The notes beneath the pieces were generated by a model. It was not told where the DNA came from, did not search any database, and worked only from the letters and a program-made list of their open reading frames with translations. Made by a program: the position numbers and the translations under genes. Source: Chiloscyllium plagiosum (Eukaryota). Taken from it: a stretch of 64,000 nt of DNA. This document shows, piece after piece, positions 1-11,956 of this stretch. The DNA is taken from the NCBI RefSeq assembly GCF_004010195.1, contig NC_057749.1, positions 23,821,073 to 23,885,072 on the forward strand, written 5' to 3'. Numbering within the stretch: the stretch's first letter is position 1; each line of letters begins with the position of its first letter.

Positions 1-257
1 AACAGAGTGTTATAAGGGGACATAAATTTATGGTGAAGGGTGGAAGGTATAGGGGGGGTGTCAGGGGTAGGTTCTTTACCCAGAGAGTGGTGGGGACATG
101 GAATGCGCTGCCTGTGGGAGTGGCAGAGTCAGAATCATTGGTGACCTTTAAGCGGCAATTGGATAGGTACATGGATAGGTGCTTAAGCTAGGACAAATGT
201 TCGGCACAACATCGTGGGCCGAAGGGCCTGTTCTGTGCTGTATTGTTCTATGTTCTA
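1..257 (+). mobile_element. CR1/HER1-type LINE 3' end (truncated by window start)
   Basis: Encodes ...RFFTQRVVGTWNALP..., the typical CR1 ORF2 C-terminus; ends in ctgtgctgtattgttctatgttcta tail. Confidence 0.9.
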
Positions 258-1258
258 AACAAATGTCAAGCATCCATTCAAGGTCACCTCAATCATTGTT
301 TATATATCTATCGGCATCATCAGGATCACCTTATCCCGATACTGCGTGTTATTGCAATAATAGATTATAAAGTAGAATCATTGTTTGTTGAGAATCGCTG
401 GTACAGTGATTTTTGTAATTGTACCTTCCTGATCTAGACTCCCCCCAGCAGAGGAAACATCTGTGTCCAATCCCCGAGGAAGCTTTCCTGAATGTTTCAC
501 TTGGAGCATCTCTCATTCCTCTCTGAGCTCCGTTGAGTACAGGCCCAATCTGCTCGACCTTTCCCCCAATGTCTCTTCCTATACTTACTTCCCCTCTAAC
601 CATTTTCCTTTCGGCAGCTCCTGCGGTAGAAATCCCTTCACCGTAAACGGTGTTGTCCTTGTTTAACGTTGGGGGACAATTTCAAACAGGGCCATCTGGG
701 AATCTTGCTATGCTTAACCTCACTCCCTCCTGTCAATCCCACTGTGATTAATCTCAGTTCATCTGTGCCAAGTCCCCCTCACTCCTGTTGATCTCCAGTC
801 ATTCAGCTCTGTTACTCCTGTTTCCCCCTTCTGTGAAGAATATTCTCTCATTCCTGGGAATCCCTGTGTGATTAATCTCTTGCCTTCGCTGGGGTGCTCC
901 TTTGATTAATTTCCTCTGCCTTGGAGCTGTCTTTTTCAATGCTGGCTGGCCTGGATCCCTGATCCTTGTGCCCCAAAGCCCGTGTTGTTTCCGAAGTTGC
1001 CAAGGACGTGGACCTCCGTGGGAATGTGAGATCGAGTAGGAAGCTTCAAAGGGACTTGGACATTGTGAATGGGGAAGAACGTGGTAGATGGAGTACACCG
1101 TAAATAAGTGTGAAGCTATCCACTTTAGTAGAAAAGGCAGTTTATTTCATCAGTGATGAGATTTTGAGACGTATGTCAAGGCTTGTGAGTCCTTGCCTGT
1201 GGTTCACTAAAGGTAGTGCCTGTGGTTTGGCAGGTAGCCTGGTAGGGAATCGGTATGG

Positions 1259-1797
1259 TTAGATTCCCTACAGTATGGAAACAGGCCCTTCGGCCCAATA
1301 AGTCCACACCGACCCTCTGAAGAGTAACCCACTCAGACTCATTTCCCTATAATTACCCCCATAATTATCTGATCAGGAGCGATTGAGGAAAATCAGCCTG
1401 AAGAAAGGTCACTGCGCCCTCTTTGATTTCTCTCCAAAGACGCTGCCTGACCTGCTGAGCTTTTTAATTTCCAGCTGTTTTTGTTTTGAGGAAAATGGGC
1501 ATGTATTCATATTTCAAAGCATGAAAGGTGATCTCATTGACTGTTAGAAAAGTCTTCTAGGGCTGTACAGGATGAATCTACGTCTGCTGTGAATTATAAC
1601 TAATGCACCTTACACTATGGGCAATCGAGCATGGACAGTTCACCTGACCTGCACGTCTTTGGATTGTGGGAGGAAACCCACGCAGACATGGGGAGAATGT
1701 GCAAACTCCACACAGACAGTTGCCCGAGGCTGGAATCGAACCCATGTCCCTGGTGCTATGGGGCAGCAGTGCTAACCACTGAGCCACCGTGCCACCC
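1259..1797 (-). mobile_element. HE1-type tRNA-derived SINE, interrupted by a 230-bp insertion (1364-1593)
   Basis: Minus strand reads gggtggcacggtggctcagtggttagcactgctg (A box) and gggttcgattcc (B box); tail with aatctaa at 1259. Confidence 0.9.
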
Positions 1798-2493
1798 TAT
1801 TTTGGCCTTCATCACAAAGGAATCCGAGTACAGATGTAAAGATGTCTTGTTGCACTTGTACAGAATCTTGGTGAGACCGTTCCTGTAATATTGTGTACGG
1901 TTTTGGTCTCTTTATCATAGGGAGGATATACGTACCATAGTGAGAGTCTAACAGGGGTTCTGCGGACTGGGATCGAGGGATTATCTGATCAGGAGTGATT
2001 GAGGAAAATCAGCCTGAAGAAAGGTCACTGCGCCCTCTTTGATTTCTCTCCACAGACGCTGCCAGACCTGCTGAGTTTTTTAATTTCCAGCTGCTTTTTT
2101 TTTTGAGGAAAATGGGCGTGTATTCATATTTCAAAGCATGAAAGGTGATCTCATTGACTGTTAGAAAACTCTTCTAGGGCTGTACAGGTGAACCTATGTC
2201 GGCTGTGAACTGCTGGCTTGTAACCAGGGGACACAGTCTCAGAACAGGAAGTAGGCCTCTGAAGGCTGAGATGAGGAGGAATTGCTTCCCTGAAATGTGG
2301 CTGAAATTTTCTTCTCCCAGAGGGCTATGGGAGCTCACTGAGCAGGTTCAAGATAGAGATTGATAAATTTCCGGGTTCTACTGTCATCACAGGATATGGG
2401 AATAGTGTGGGAAACTGAGATAGAGGTTGATGATCATCCCTGATTTGAGTGAAGCTGCAGGCTTGACAGTCTGAATGGTCTATTCCTGCTCCT
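1798..2493 (+). mobile_element. Old degraded CR1 LINE 3' region containing a PLE 3'-end remnant (about 2010-2100)
   Basis: LAFITKESEYRCKDVLLHLYRILVRP-like translation, then CR1-type 3' UTR. Confidence 0.7.
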
Positions 2494-2809
2494 CCTACTT
2501 TGGTTTAGACCAGTTCAGGAGGTGAGTGTTATCACCATAGGGAGTTTTTCTTCCATGTACAGAAATTAAAGGTCGAAACATTCGAGATATGTTTCTTCCC
2601 AGATCCCCCAGGGATCTCTGTTTGAACCACATGCTGTTCCAAAGCTGATCATTTGTGTTTCCAACTCGAAGGAGCAGAAAGAACATAACGTACTCTGCAG
2701 GAGCAAGACTTTTAAAGCAATGTGGTGATTTCCCCTGTTGGGCCGAGCTGTTTCCTTTATGCACTTACTATTTGCAGCCAATGCTGTTCATCGAATTGGG
2801 GAAGCAGAT

Positions 2810-3160
2810 CATTTGGCCCGTTGAGTGCAAAATGACCCTTGGAAGAGCGTCCCAAGTCGGCCAGACCAGGGTAAGGAAGGCAGTTTCCTTCCCTGAAGGC
2901 CATTGGTGAGCCGGGTGAGTTTTTTCTGACGATGGATTCATGATCATGATTTGACTCTTAATTCCAGATACTTATTGAATTCAAATTCCACCATCTGCCG
3001 TGGGTCTCCAGAACATGACCTGAGTCTCTGGATTAACAGCTGAAAAATGTGTTGCTGGAAAAGCGCAGCAGGTCAGGCAGCATCCAAGGAGCAGGAGAAT
3101 CGACGTTTCGGGCATAAGCCCTTCTTCAGGAATTGGATTAACAGCCCACAAGGCCATGGC
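2810..3160 (-). mobile_element. Second tRNA-related SINE family, interrupted by a PLE fragment
   Basis: ggccagaccagggtaaggaaggcagtttccttccctgaagg...gaattcaaattccaccatctgccgtggg also occurs at about 57650-57935 (-) and, inverted, at about 43170-43365 and 45545-46540. Confidence 0.7.
3041..3133 (-). mobile_element. PLE 3'-terminal fragment with hammerhead motif; 12-bp TSD
   Basis: tggattaacagc at 3029-3040 and 3134-3145; near-identical to the ends of the PLE at 7673-9495. Confidence 0.85.
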
Positions 3161-3963
3161 AAACTAGACCTTCCAAATGGGCCGTTAGCATTTTACTGCT
3201 CCTTCCCATGGCAGTTTGCTATCAGGTTATTTAGGACACCTTGGTGACAGATCACTTGATGTTACTTGGTACTTGGATAAAGTAGTTGGAATTAGTACAG
3301 GGAGCTCACTTTCCACTTTATCATTCAGCAGGAGATAGGCGATGTTTTTACCCCAGAGGGTAGTGGGTATCTGGAACTTGCTGCCCAAAAGGGTGGTAGA
3401 GGTGGGAACCTTGAGAATATTTAACAAGTATCTCGATGGACAATAACCTTCTGTGCAACTGCATTCCAAGTGCTGGGAAATGGGATTATAGGAGATAGGT
3501 GTGTGTTGACACAATGGGCTGAAGGGCCTCAATCTGTACTGTAATACTCTATGATGATCACTATCTGGCCAATAACTTGCATCACTGCCCTGTTCACCTT
3601 GGACTCCTTCACGTTCAACCAGAATTGGAAAAGTTTATCATAAGTAGTAGGAAACACTCTGAAAAAGTCACTGTTCCCCTGACATTGAGGGTGTTGAGTC
3701 TTCTCTATGTTTGAGGTGCAAATGAGAATGCTGTTAGTGAAAAGACCGAAAGCACTCCCGAACTCCCAGCATCTCACACAGCTGCTGGCTGTTGGCCCTG
3801 TTTGCTCCAGAGAGAGAATTCCTATACTGATTCTTAAAGGTTTGTGTGGTCTTGCCACAGGATTATTTCGTCGCTGATGGAACTTACGATGGTGAATTAA
3901 TGCACATAATCTTGAATAATCGTATAGGGCTTACAATTTCCAATCTACCTCTGGCAAAACATA

Positions 3964-5043
3964 CATGTGTGTCTGTCTGTGTGTTTCTCTGTGCCTGTGT
4001 ATGTGTGTGTCCCTGCTAATGTGTGTATGTGCATGCTACTGTACATGTGAGAGTCTGTGTCTCTCTCTGCCTCCACGTGTATCTCTGTATGTGTGCCAGT
4101 GCGTGCTTCTCTCTGTGCCTGTGTGTGTCTCTCTCTGTGCCTGTGTGTGTGCACACGCGCGCAAATCTGTGCCTGTGTCTCTCTCTGTGCCTGTGCCTGT
4201 GTGTGTGTGTGTGCGCATGCATGCATACGCATGCGCATATCTGTGCCCGTGTGTGTGTACGCACGCGCATATCTATGCCTGTGTGTGTGTGTGCGCGCGC
4301 AGGAATATCTGTGCCTGTGTGTCTCTCTGTGCCTGTGTGTGTGTCTCTCTCTGTGCCTGTGTGTCTCTTTCTGTGCCTGTATGTGTGTCTCTCTGTGCCA
4401 GTGTGTGTCTCTGTGTCTGTGCCTGTGTGTGTGTCTCTTTCTGTGTCAGTGCCTGTGTATGTCTCTCTGTGTCTCTCTCTGTGTGTGTGTGTGTCTCTCT
4501 CTGTGTGTGTGTCTCTGTGNNNNNNNNNNNNNNNNNNNNNNNNNNNNNNNNNNNNNNNNNNNNNNNNNNNNNNNNNNNNNNNNNNNNNNNNNNNNNNNNN
4601 NNNNNNNNNNNNNNNNNNNNNNNNNNNNNNNNNNNNNNNNNNNNNNNNNNNNNNNNNNNNNNNNNNNNNNNNNNNNNNNNNNNNNNNNNNNNNNNNNNNN
4701 NNNNNNNNNNNNNNNNNNNNNNNNNNNNNNNNNNNNNNNNNNNNNNNNNNNNNNNNNNNNNNNNNNNNNNNNNTGTGTCTGTGCCTGTGTGTGTGTGTCT
4801 CTCTCTGTGCCTGTGTGTGTCTCTCTCTCTGTGCCTGTGTTTATGTGTCTGTGTGTGTGTGTCTTTCTCTCTGTGCCTGTGTTTATGTGTCTGTGTGTGT
4901 GTGTGTGTCTTTCTCTCTGTGCCTGTGTGTATGTGTCTGTGTGTGTGTGTGTCTCTCTCTTTGTGTCTGTGCCTGTGTGTGTGTGTCTCTCTCTGTGCCT
5001 GTGTGTGTCTCTCTCTGTGTCTGTGCCTGTATGTGTGTCTCTG
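3964..5043. repeat. Compound (TG)n/(TC)n microsatellite with tgtgcctgtg variants; gap 4520-4773
   Basis: Seen directly; explains the CV/HT-rich ORFs. Confidence 0.97.
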
Positions 5044-5399
5044 TGGAGTCTTTGCATGGCAGGTTCTGACTGGAAAGGAAACTCTGCCACATTTAGCCTC
5101 AGCCCGGCAGGTGTTTCGGAGGAGATTACAGGATGACAATTGGCCTGTTGGGCCAGTGTGTGACACCCATTCTACAGCTATCAAATCTGGAGATGTGACT
5201 TGAACCTGGAGCTTTTGGCCTAGGAGCAAGGGACATTGAACCGTGTACAGTCTCCCGTATGGTAAAGCCAGCGTCGACTTTCAGTTGATGTATGATAACG
5301 ATTTGGATTGTGTCAGGGAGGAGCTTGAAGTGTGAGTTTGGATCAGTCTGACTTTGTGCTGCTGATAATTTGTCTTGGCGGATATAGATTTATTATTTA

Positions 5400-7330
5400 G
5401 AAAGTGTATTCTTTCACAGATGTAGGCATTTCTGACGAGGTTTGTAGTATCTTGACTTCCCGTTGAGAAGGTGGTGGTGAGCTGTCACCCTGAACTACTG
5501 CAGTCTGTGTGCTGGAGGTAAACCCACATTGTGTTTAGGAGGGAATTTCAGGATGTTGACCCAGCGACAGTGAAGGAATATATTTCCAAGCCAGGATGGT
5601 GAGTGGCTTGGAGGGAGATATTAGACAAGATAGGATCGAGGTTAGTTACAAAGAGGTGTTATCAGTTCTAGAAGGAGTGAAAGTAGACAAGTCCCCAGGG
5701 TCGAATGGGATTTATCCGAGATTCTCTGGGAAGCTAGGGAGGAGATAGCGGAGCCTTTGGCTTTGACCTTTGAGTAGTCATTGTCTACAGGTTTAGTACC
5801 TGAGGACTGGAGGATTGCACATGTTGTGCCCTTGTTCAAGAAGGGCAGAAGAGATGACCCAGGTAATTATAGACCAGTGAGTCTTACTTCTGTTGTAGGA
5901 AAAGTTTTGGAAAGGATTACAAGAGGTAGGATTTGTAATCATCGAACAAGCAACATGGTTTTGTCAAGGGCAGGTCGTGTCTCTCAAACCTCATTGAGTT
6001 TTTTGAGAAGGTGACCAAGCATGTGGATGAGGGTAGGACAGTTGACGTGGTATAAATGGACTTCAGTAAAGCCTTTGATAAGGTTCCACATGGTAGGCTG
6101 TTGGAGAAAATGCAGAGGCATGGGGTTAAGGGTGATTTAACAATCTGGATTAGAAACTGGCTTTCTGGAAGAAGACAGCAAGTGGTGGGTTGATGGAAAA
6201 TATGCAGCCTCGAGTCCAGTTAGTAGTGGTGTGCCACAAGAATCTGTTTTGGGACCACCGCTGTTTGTCATTTTTATAAATGACTTGGACGCAGGCATAG
6301 GTGGATAGGTTAGTAAATTTGCAGACGACACTAAAGTCGGTGGAGTGGTGCACAGGGTGGAAGAATGTTACAGGTTGCAGGGGCACTTGGATAAACTGCA
6401 GAATTGGGCTGAGAGGTGGCAAATGGAGTTCAATGCAGCTAAATGTGAAGTGATGCACTTTGGGAAGAATAACAGGAAGGCAGAGTACTGGGTCAGTGGA
6501 AAGATTCTTGGCAGTGTGGATGTGCAGAGGGATCTTGAAGTCCATGTACATAGAACCTGAAAGTTGCCACCCAGATGGATAGTGCTGTTAAGAAGGCATA
6601 CGGGGGGGGGGGGAGTTAGGTTTCATTGGTAGAGGGATTGAGTTTCGGAGCCGCAATGTCATGCTGCAACTGTACAAAACGCTGATGTGGCCACACTTAG
6701 AATATTGTTCTGGTCGCCCCATGACAGGAAGGATGTGGAAACATTGGAAAAGGTGCAGGGGAGATTTACCAGGATGTTGCCTGGTCTGGAGGGAAGGTCT
6801 TATGAGGAAAGGCTGAGAGACTTGGGTCTGTTCTCATTGGAAAGCAGAAGGCTAAGAGGAGATTTAATAGAGACACATAAGATGATCAGAGGATTAGATA
6901 GGATAGATGATGAAAGTCTTTTTCCTAGGATGATGACGTCAGCTTGTATGAGGGAGCATAGCTGCAAACAGAGGGGTGATAGATTTAAGACAGAAGTCAG
7001 AGGCAGGTTCTTTACTTGGAGAGTGGTAAGGGTGTGGAATGCCCTGCCTGCCAATGTAGTCAACTCAGCCATATTAGGGAGATTTAAACTGTCCTTGGAT
7101 AAGCACATGGATGATGATGGGATAGTGTAGGGGGACGAGCTGAGAATAGTTGACGGATCGGCGCGACATCGAGGACCGAAGGGCCTGTTCTGCGCTGTAT
7201 TGTTCTGTGTTCTATGAGACCTGCAGGAAGGTGGTGTTCCCATGTATCTGCTGGCCTTGTCCCTCACGATGGAAGTGGCAGTGAATTTGGGAGGTGCTGT
7301 CAGAGGAATGTTGCTGCAGCCTGTCAGTGC
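5400..7330 (-). mobile_element. Older LINE 3' region (different family), split by the CR1 insertion at about 5616-7215
   Basis: ggatggtgagtggcttggaggg at about 5600 continues as cctgcaggaaggtggtgttcccatgtatc at about 7220; related pieces at about 37040-37170 and 49300-49610. Confidence 0.55.
5616..7215 (+). mobile_element. 5'-truncated CR1/HER1 LINE, frameshifted ORF2 RT pseudogene
   Basis: VPEDWRIAHVVPLFKKG...[46 protein letters not shown]; ends in tgttctgtgttctatg. Confidence 0.95.
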
Positions 7331-7830
7331 AGTGCTGTGTGTGGACTTGACATTAGAACAGTCACAGGAACAGCTTCGATTTCCATGCTGCCTTTGATTT
7401 AGACAAACAATCCCAAGGTACTTCACAGGAGTGCAGTCTGATTCAAAATGACACCAATAAGAGGCATGGACAGAAGTGTTCAAAAAGTTCGCGAAGGAGG
7501 TACACTTCAACTTTATTTACCAATATTTCTTGAGTCGATTTGTTGTTGTCACATATACCTAAGTACAGGGAAAGGTTTTGTTTTGTGAGCAGCACAGCCA
7601 GATCATAACAAACAAGTTCCCTGACTTTTCCTTACCAACATATGTGAGCAGGTTGACTCAAATGTTGGTAAGATCTTTGAGGAGAAAGTGAGGACTGCAG
7701 ATGCTGGAGATCAGAGCTGAAAATGTGTTGCTGGAAAAGCGCAGCAGGTCAGACAGCATCCAAGGAGCAGGAGAATCGACGTTTCGGGCATGAGCCCTTC
7801 TTCAGGAATGAGGAAGGTGTTCCANNNNNN

Positions 7831-8160
7831 GCTCTTCCTCCAGCCGTCGTGTTGCTATGGTCTGGTGATGGAGGAGTCCAAGGACCTGCATATCCTTGGT
7901 GGAGTGAGAGGGGGAGTTGAAGTGTTGAGCCACGGGGTGGTTGGGTTGGTTGGTCCGGGTGTCCCAGAGGTGTTCTCTGAAACGTTCCGCAGGTAGGCGG
8001 CCTGCCTCCCCAATATAGAGGAGGCCACATCGGGTGCAGCGGATGCAGTAAACGATGTGTGTGGAGGTGCAGGTGAATTTGTGGTGGATATGGAAGGATC
8101 CCTTGGGGCCTTTGAGGGAAGTAAGGGGGGAGGTGTGTGCGCAAGTTTTGCATTTCTTGT
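7831..8160 (-). pseudogene. PLE GIY-YIG endonuclease fragment (inverted arm)
   Basis: Minus-strand translation FTCTSTHIVYCIRCTRCGLLYIGEAGRLPAERFREHL...HPVAQHFNSPSH...RRLEEE. Confidence 0.9.
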
Positions 8161-8301
8161 GGTACCCCAGCTATGCCTGCCTCTTCGTACCCCAGCTATG
8201 CCTGCCTCTTCGTACACCCGCATGGGCCCCAGCTATGCCTGCCTCTTCGTACCCCAGCTATGCCTGCCTCTTCGTACCCCAGCTATGCCTGCCTCTTCGT
8301 A

Positions 8302-8810
8302 GGCACCTGCATGGGCCCCAGCTTTGCCTGCCTTTTCGTAGGATATGTGGAACAATCCATCTTCCGCAGCTACACTGGCACAACCCCCCACCTTTTCCTC
8401 TGCTACATCGATGACTGTATCGGTGCTGCCTCGTGCTCCCACGAGGAGGTTGAACAGTTGATCCACTTTACCAACACCTTCCACCCCGACCTCAAATTTA
8501 CCTGGACCGTCTCAGACTCGTCCCTACCCTTCCTAGACCTCTCCATTTCTATCTCTGGCAGCCAAATCAACACGGACATTTACTATAAACCGACCGACTC
8601 CCACAGCTACCGAGACTATGCCTCCTCCCACCCTGCCCCCTGTAAAAACGCAATTCCATACTCCCAATTCCTTCGTCTCCGCCGCATCTGCACCCAGGAG
8701 GACCAGTTCCAATACTGTACAACCCAGATGGCCTCCTTCTTCAAAGACCGCAATTTCCCCCCAGACGTGATCGACGATGCTCTCCACCGCATCTCCTCCA
8801 CTTCCCGCTC
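8302..8810 (+). pseudogene. PLE reverse transcriptase fragment (runs into gap 8811-9269)
   Basis: MGPSFACLFVGYVE...YIDD (8404-8415)...LPFLDL...YYKPTDSHSY...IPYSQFLRLRRIC. Confidence 0.92.
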
Positions 8811-9504
8811 NNNNNNNNNNNNNNNNNNNNNNNNNNNNNNNNNNNNNNNNNNNNNNNNNNNNNNNNNNNNNNNNNNNNNNNNNNNNNNNNNNNNNNNNNN
8901 NNNNNNNNNNNNNNNNNNNNNNNNNNNNNNNNNNNNNNNNNNNNNNNNNNNNNNNNNNNNNNNNNNNNNNNNNNNNNNNNNNNNNNNNNNNNNNNNNNNN
9001 NNNNNNNNNNNNNNNNNNNNNNNNNNNNNNNNNNNNNNNNNNNNNNNNNNNNNNNNNNNNNNNNNNNNNNNNNNNNNNNNNNNNNNNNNNNNNNNNNNNN
9101 NNNNNNNNNNNNNNNNNNNNNNNNNNNNNNNNNNNNNNNNNNNNNNNNNNNNNNNNNNNNNNNNNNNNNNNNNNNNNNNNNNNNNNNNNNNNNNNNNNNN
9201 NNNNNNNNNNNNNNNNNNNNNNNNNNNNNNNNNNNNNNNNNNNNNNNNNNNNNNNNNNNNNNNNNNNNNCTCCGCCTCCGCCCCCACCCCCACTCCGGCC
9301 TATCACCCTCACCTTAATCTCCTTCCACCTATCGCATTTCCAATGCCCCTCCCCCAAGTCCCTCCTCCCTACCTTTTATCTTAGCCTGCTTGGCACAGTT
9401 TCCTCATTCGTGAAGAAGGGCTCATGCCCGAAACGTCGATTCTCCTGCTTGGATGCTGCCTGACCTGCTGCGCTTTTTCAGCAACACATTTTCAGCTCAA
9501 ATGT

Positions 9505-9860
9505 TGGTAAGGAAAAGCCTGGGAACTATAGACCAGTGAGCCTGACCTCGGTGGTGGGCAAGTTGTTGGAGGGAATCCTGAGGGACAGGATGTACATGTA
9601 TTTGGAAAGGCAAAGACTGGTTAGGTATAGTCATTATGGCTTTGTGCGTGGGAAATCATGTCTCACAAACTTGGTTGAGTTTTTTGAAGAAGTAATGAAG
9701 AGGATAGATGAGGGCAGAGTAGTAGATATGATCGATGTGGACTTCAGTGAGGCGTCTGACAAGATTTTGTAATTGGGACTAGATTGGGTTGGGACATCTG
9801 GTCGGCATAGGCACGTTGGACCGAAGTGTTCATTTCTGTACTGTACATCTCTATGACTCT
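9505..9860 (+). mobile_element. CR1 fragment with large internal deletion (RT N-terminal part joined to 3' UTR near 9770)
   Basis: KPGNYRPVSLTSVVGK...DFSEASDK joined directly to a gggactagattggg...ctctatgactct tail. Confidence 0.85.
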
Positions 9861-10013
9861 TTTTTTATTATGCAACACAGGAGTGGGTGGGACTTGAACC
9901 TGGGCCTCACGGTCTGGGGGTAGGGACACTACCACTGCACCACAAGAGGGCCCTAAAGGAAGTGACTCCCTCCTGTCTGGTACTGTGGAGTCAATATGCT
10001 TCCTTTTGAAGGA

Positions 10014-10635
10014 TGTGTATTGATACTGTACCTTTAAGAGATGTGTCTTGTGCTGTTCCTCTTGCAGAGGGGTGTTGTCACAGTGGTCTCAATCTCTCCT
10101 TCAGACAGGCCGTTGGTAAACAGCTAGGAGTCCTCCCTGGGTGGTGTTTTTTTTTTAAAAGGACAAAAGAAACACTGATGGGAGGTGTCAGGCTCAGAAG
10201 GTTTTGGTTTTGCTTTCAGTGAGTTGAATAGGGTTTTGCAGGCTGCTGGAGTTAACAGCTGGAGTTCCCTGCTGCAAGAGTGAAGTCTTAGGCAGGGAGG
10301 CTTCCTCTTCAAAATCAAAAGAGGCAGATTGTTTCTTTCTTCTGGACTTGAGCGAGACAGCACGTGAGAATCATAACAGTGTGGCTGAACTGCATTTTTC
10401 CCAAAGTGTGTGTTCACGGGATGCTACCGATGTTGGAGGAGTTGATGATTAGTGGTTAAATAATACATTAGATATTTCAATAGAGTATAGTTATGCTGAT
10501 TCCTTTTGTGATATTTTAACTGTGTTTTAATTAAAGCTATTTGGCAGACCAATCGAATCACATCTGGAACACAGTGCCTTACACTTGCCTTTTATAATTT
10601 TTCTTCATTTAAAGTTAGGGTCTATCTCCATAACA
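10014..10635 (+). mobile_element. Solo-LTR-like interspersed repeat
   Basis: Shares actgtacctttaagaga near the start, catctggaacac, and gttagggtcta...ccataaca at the end with copies at about 38570-39310, 53140-53707 (-) and 60718-61342. Boundaries approximate. Confidence 0.5.
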
Positions 10636-11956
10636 TACTTTAGCGGGGGTCCTGGTGCCTCTAAAGGAGGGGAAAATGGCTGAATGAAGGCACAAGAGTG
10701 GATGCAATGGGCAACAATTGAAAGAAAATGGAGGCTTAAGAGAGTAGGAGGAAAGGTCCCCATGAAGCTGGCTGGTGTAACAGATGGAGTGCAGTCTGCC
10801 CATTTGGCTCAGCATAGGTAAACTGCCAGCTGAAACAAAGGATCAGCACCGCATCAAGGAAGAGAGGGGCTTGTTGGAATAGAGGGGCTGGAGATGGTTA
10901 CAGATGTGGAGGGTGGGGTCGGAGGTCACAGAGGGACCAAGAACAGTAGCAGAACAAATGGACTCTTTCCCCCCGACCCCCGGTCAGGATGGAATGTGCT
11001 ATCACTTGGTGAAACGTGGGGGTGCTGCCTGTCTACACTCTGGTGTCATGTAGTAGCCTACTGCATGATTTGTAACAAACATACAGACTGTGTTAGTTGC
11101 AGAATGCAGACTGTTCCTCCTCTTACTCTTACTCCCCCTCTTCATGACTTTGCCCCACCCTTCCTCCAGCCCCCTCTTAACCTTCTCCCTTTGACCTGGT
11201 GGCTCTAGAGGGTTTGCTTGTGTCTTGGTCGTGGGGCTTTTGTAGGAAATGTACAGCTCCACTTGATCTCCTGCAGTGAGTCGTTGAAACCTCCACCTCA
11301 TTTGGACATTTTCAAAAGTGGGGCTTTAGCCTTGTATGGCAGTTATCGTTCAAAAAGGAATAAAATTAGCCCCAAACAAGGAGCAATTAACCTGCAGGGA
11401 AACCACGTGAGGGCTCTGTGTTTTTATGCCGAATAAAAAGTGAAGATTTGTGTTTGCAAAACTCCTCTTATAACCTCACAATGTCTTGAAGTGTTTCAGA
11501 GCCAGTGAGCACCCTTATGATCTGTGCAGTTGACGAACCTGCCTGCCTCACCTCGTATCGATAAACAGAGTCTTTGCTGCTTGTATCCCCTGAGATGTAG
11601 GAGCACAACTAGACTTCTCAGCTCATCGAGTCAGATCCATTATTTCTCCTAGTTTTCAAATCACTCGGCCTCCCTTTCTCTCTTGCAACCCCAGGCCAAT
11701 GAGGCTTTGTGCTCCTACATTTCTGGCTTCCCATTGAATTCCTGATTTCTCTAGCTCCAGTACTGGTGGCCAGGCCTTGAGTCATCCTGATCCTGAAACA
11801 GTGAACTGCTCTCGCTAAACCTCCCACTTCTCTTTCCTCCATTTTGAAGACATTCCCTAAATCCTACCCCACCCCTTTTTTAATCCAAGCTTTTGGTCAC
11901 TTGCCCTAATATCTCTTACCTTGACTCTGTGTCAGAGTTTGTTGGATAGTACTCCT

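Larger units (their letters stand above)
7673..9495 (+). mobile_element. Penelope-like retroelement (Neptune-like) with inverted 5' segment; 16-bp TSD
   Basis: TSD ctcaaatgttggtaag at 7657-7672 and 9496-9511. RT on + strand, GIY-YIG on - strand, and the same 3'-terminal sequence at both ends in inverted orientation. Confidence 0.9.

Noticed and set aside
3945..5229. Long ORFs (up to 412 aa) rich in C/V or H/T
   Set aside because: Translations of a dinucleotide microsatellite plus an N gap.
11246..11281. Possible 30-nt micro-exon (ttttgtag...gtgagt)
   Set aside because: Weak polypyrimidine tract and no recognisable peptide; expected by chance.
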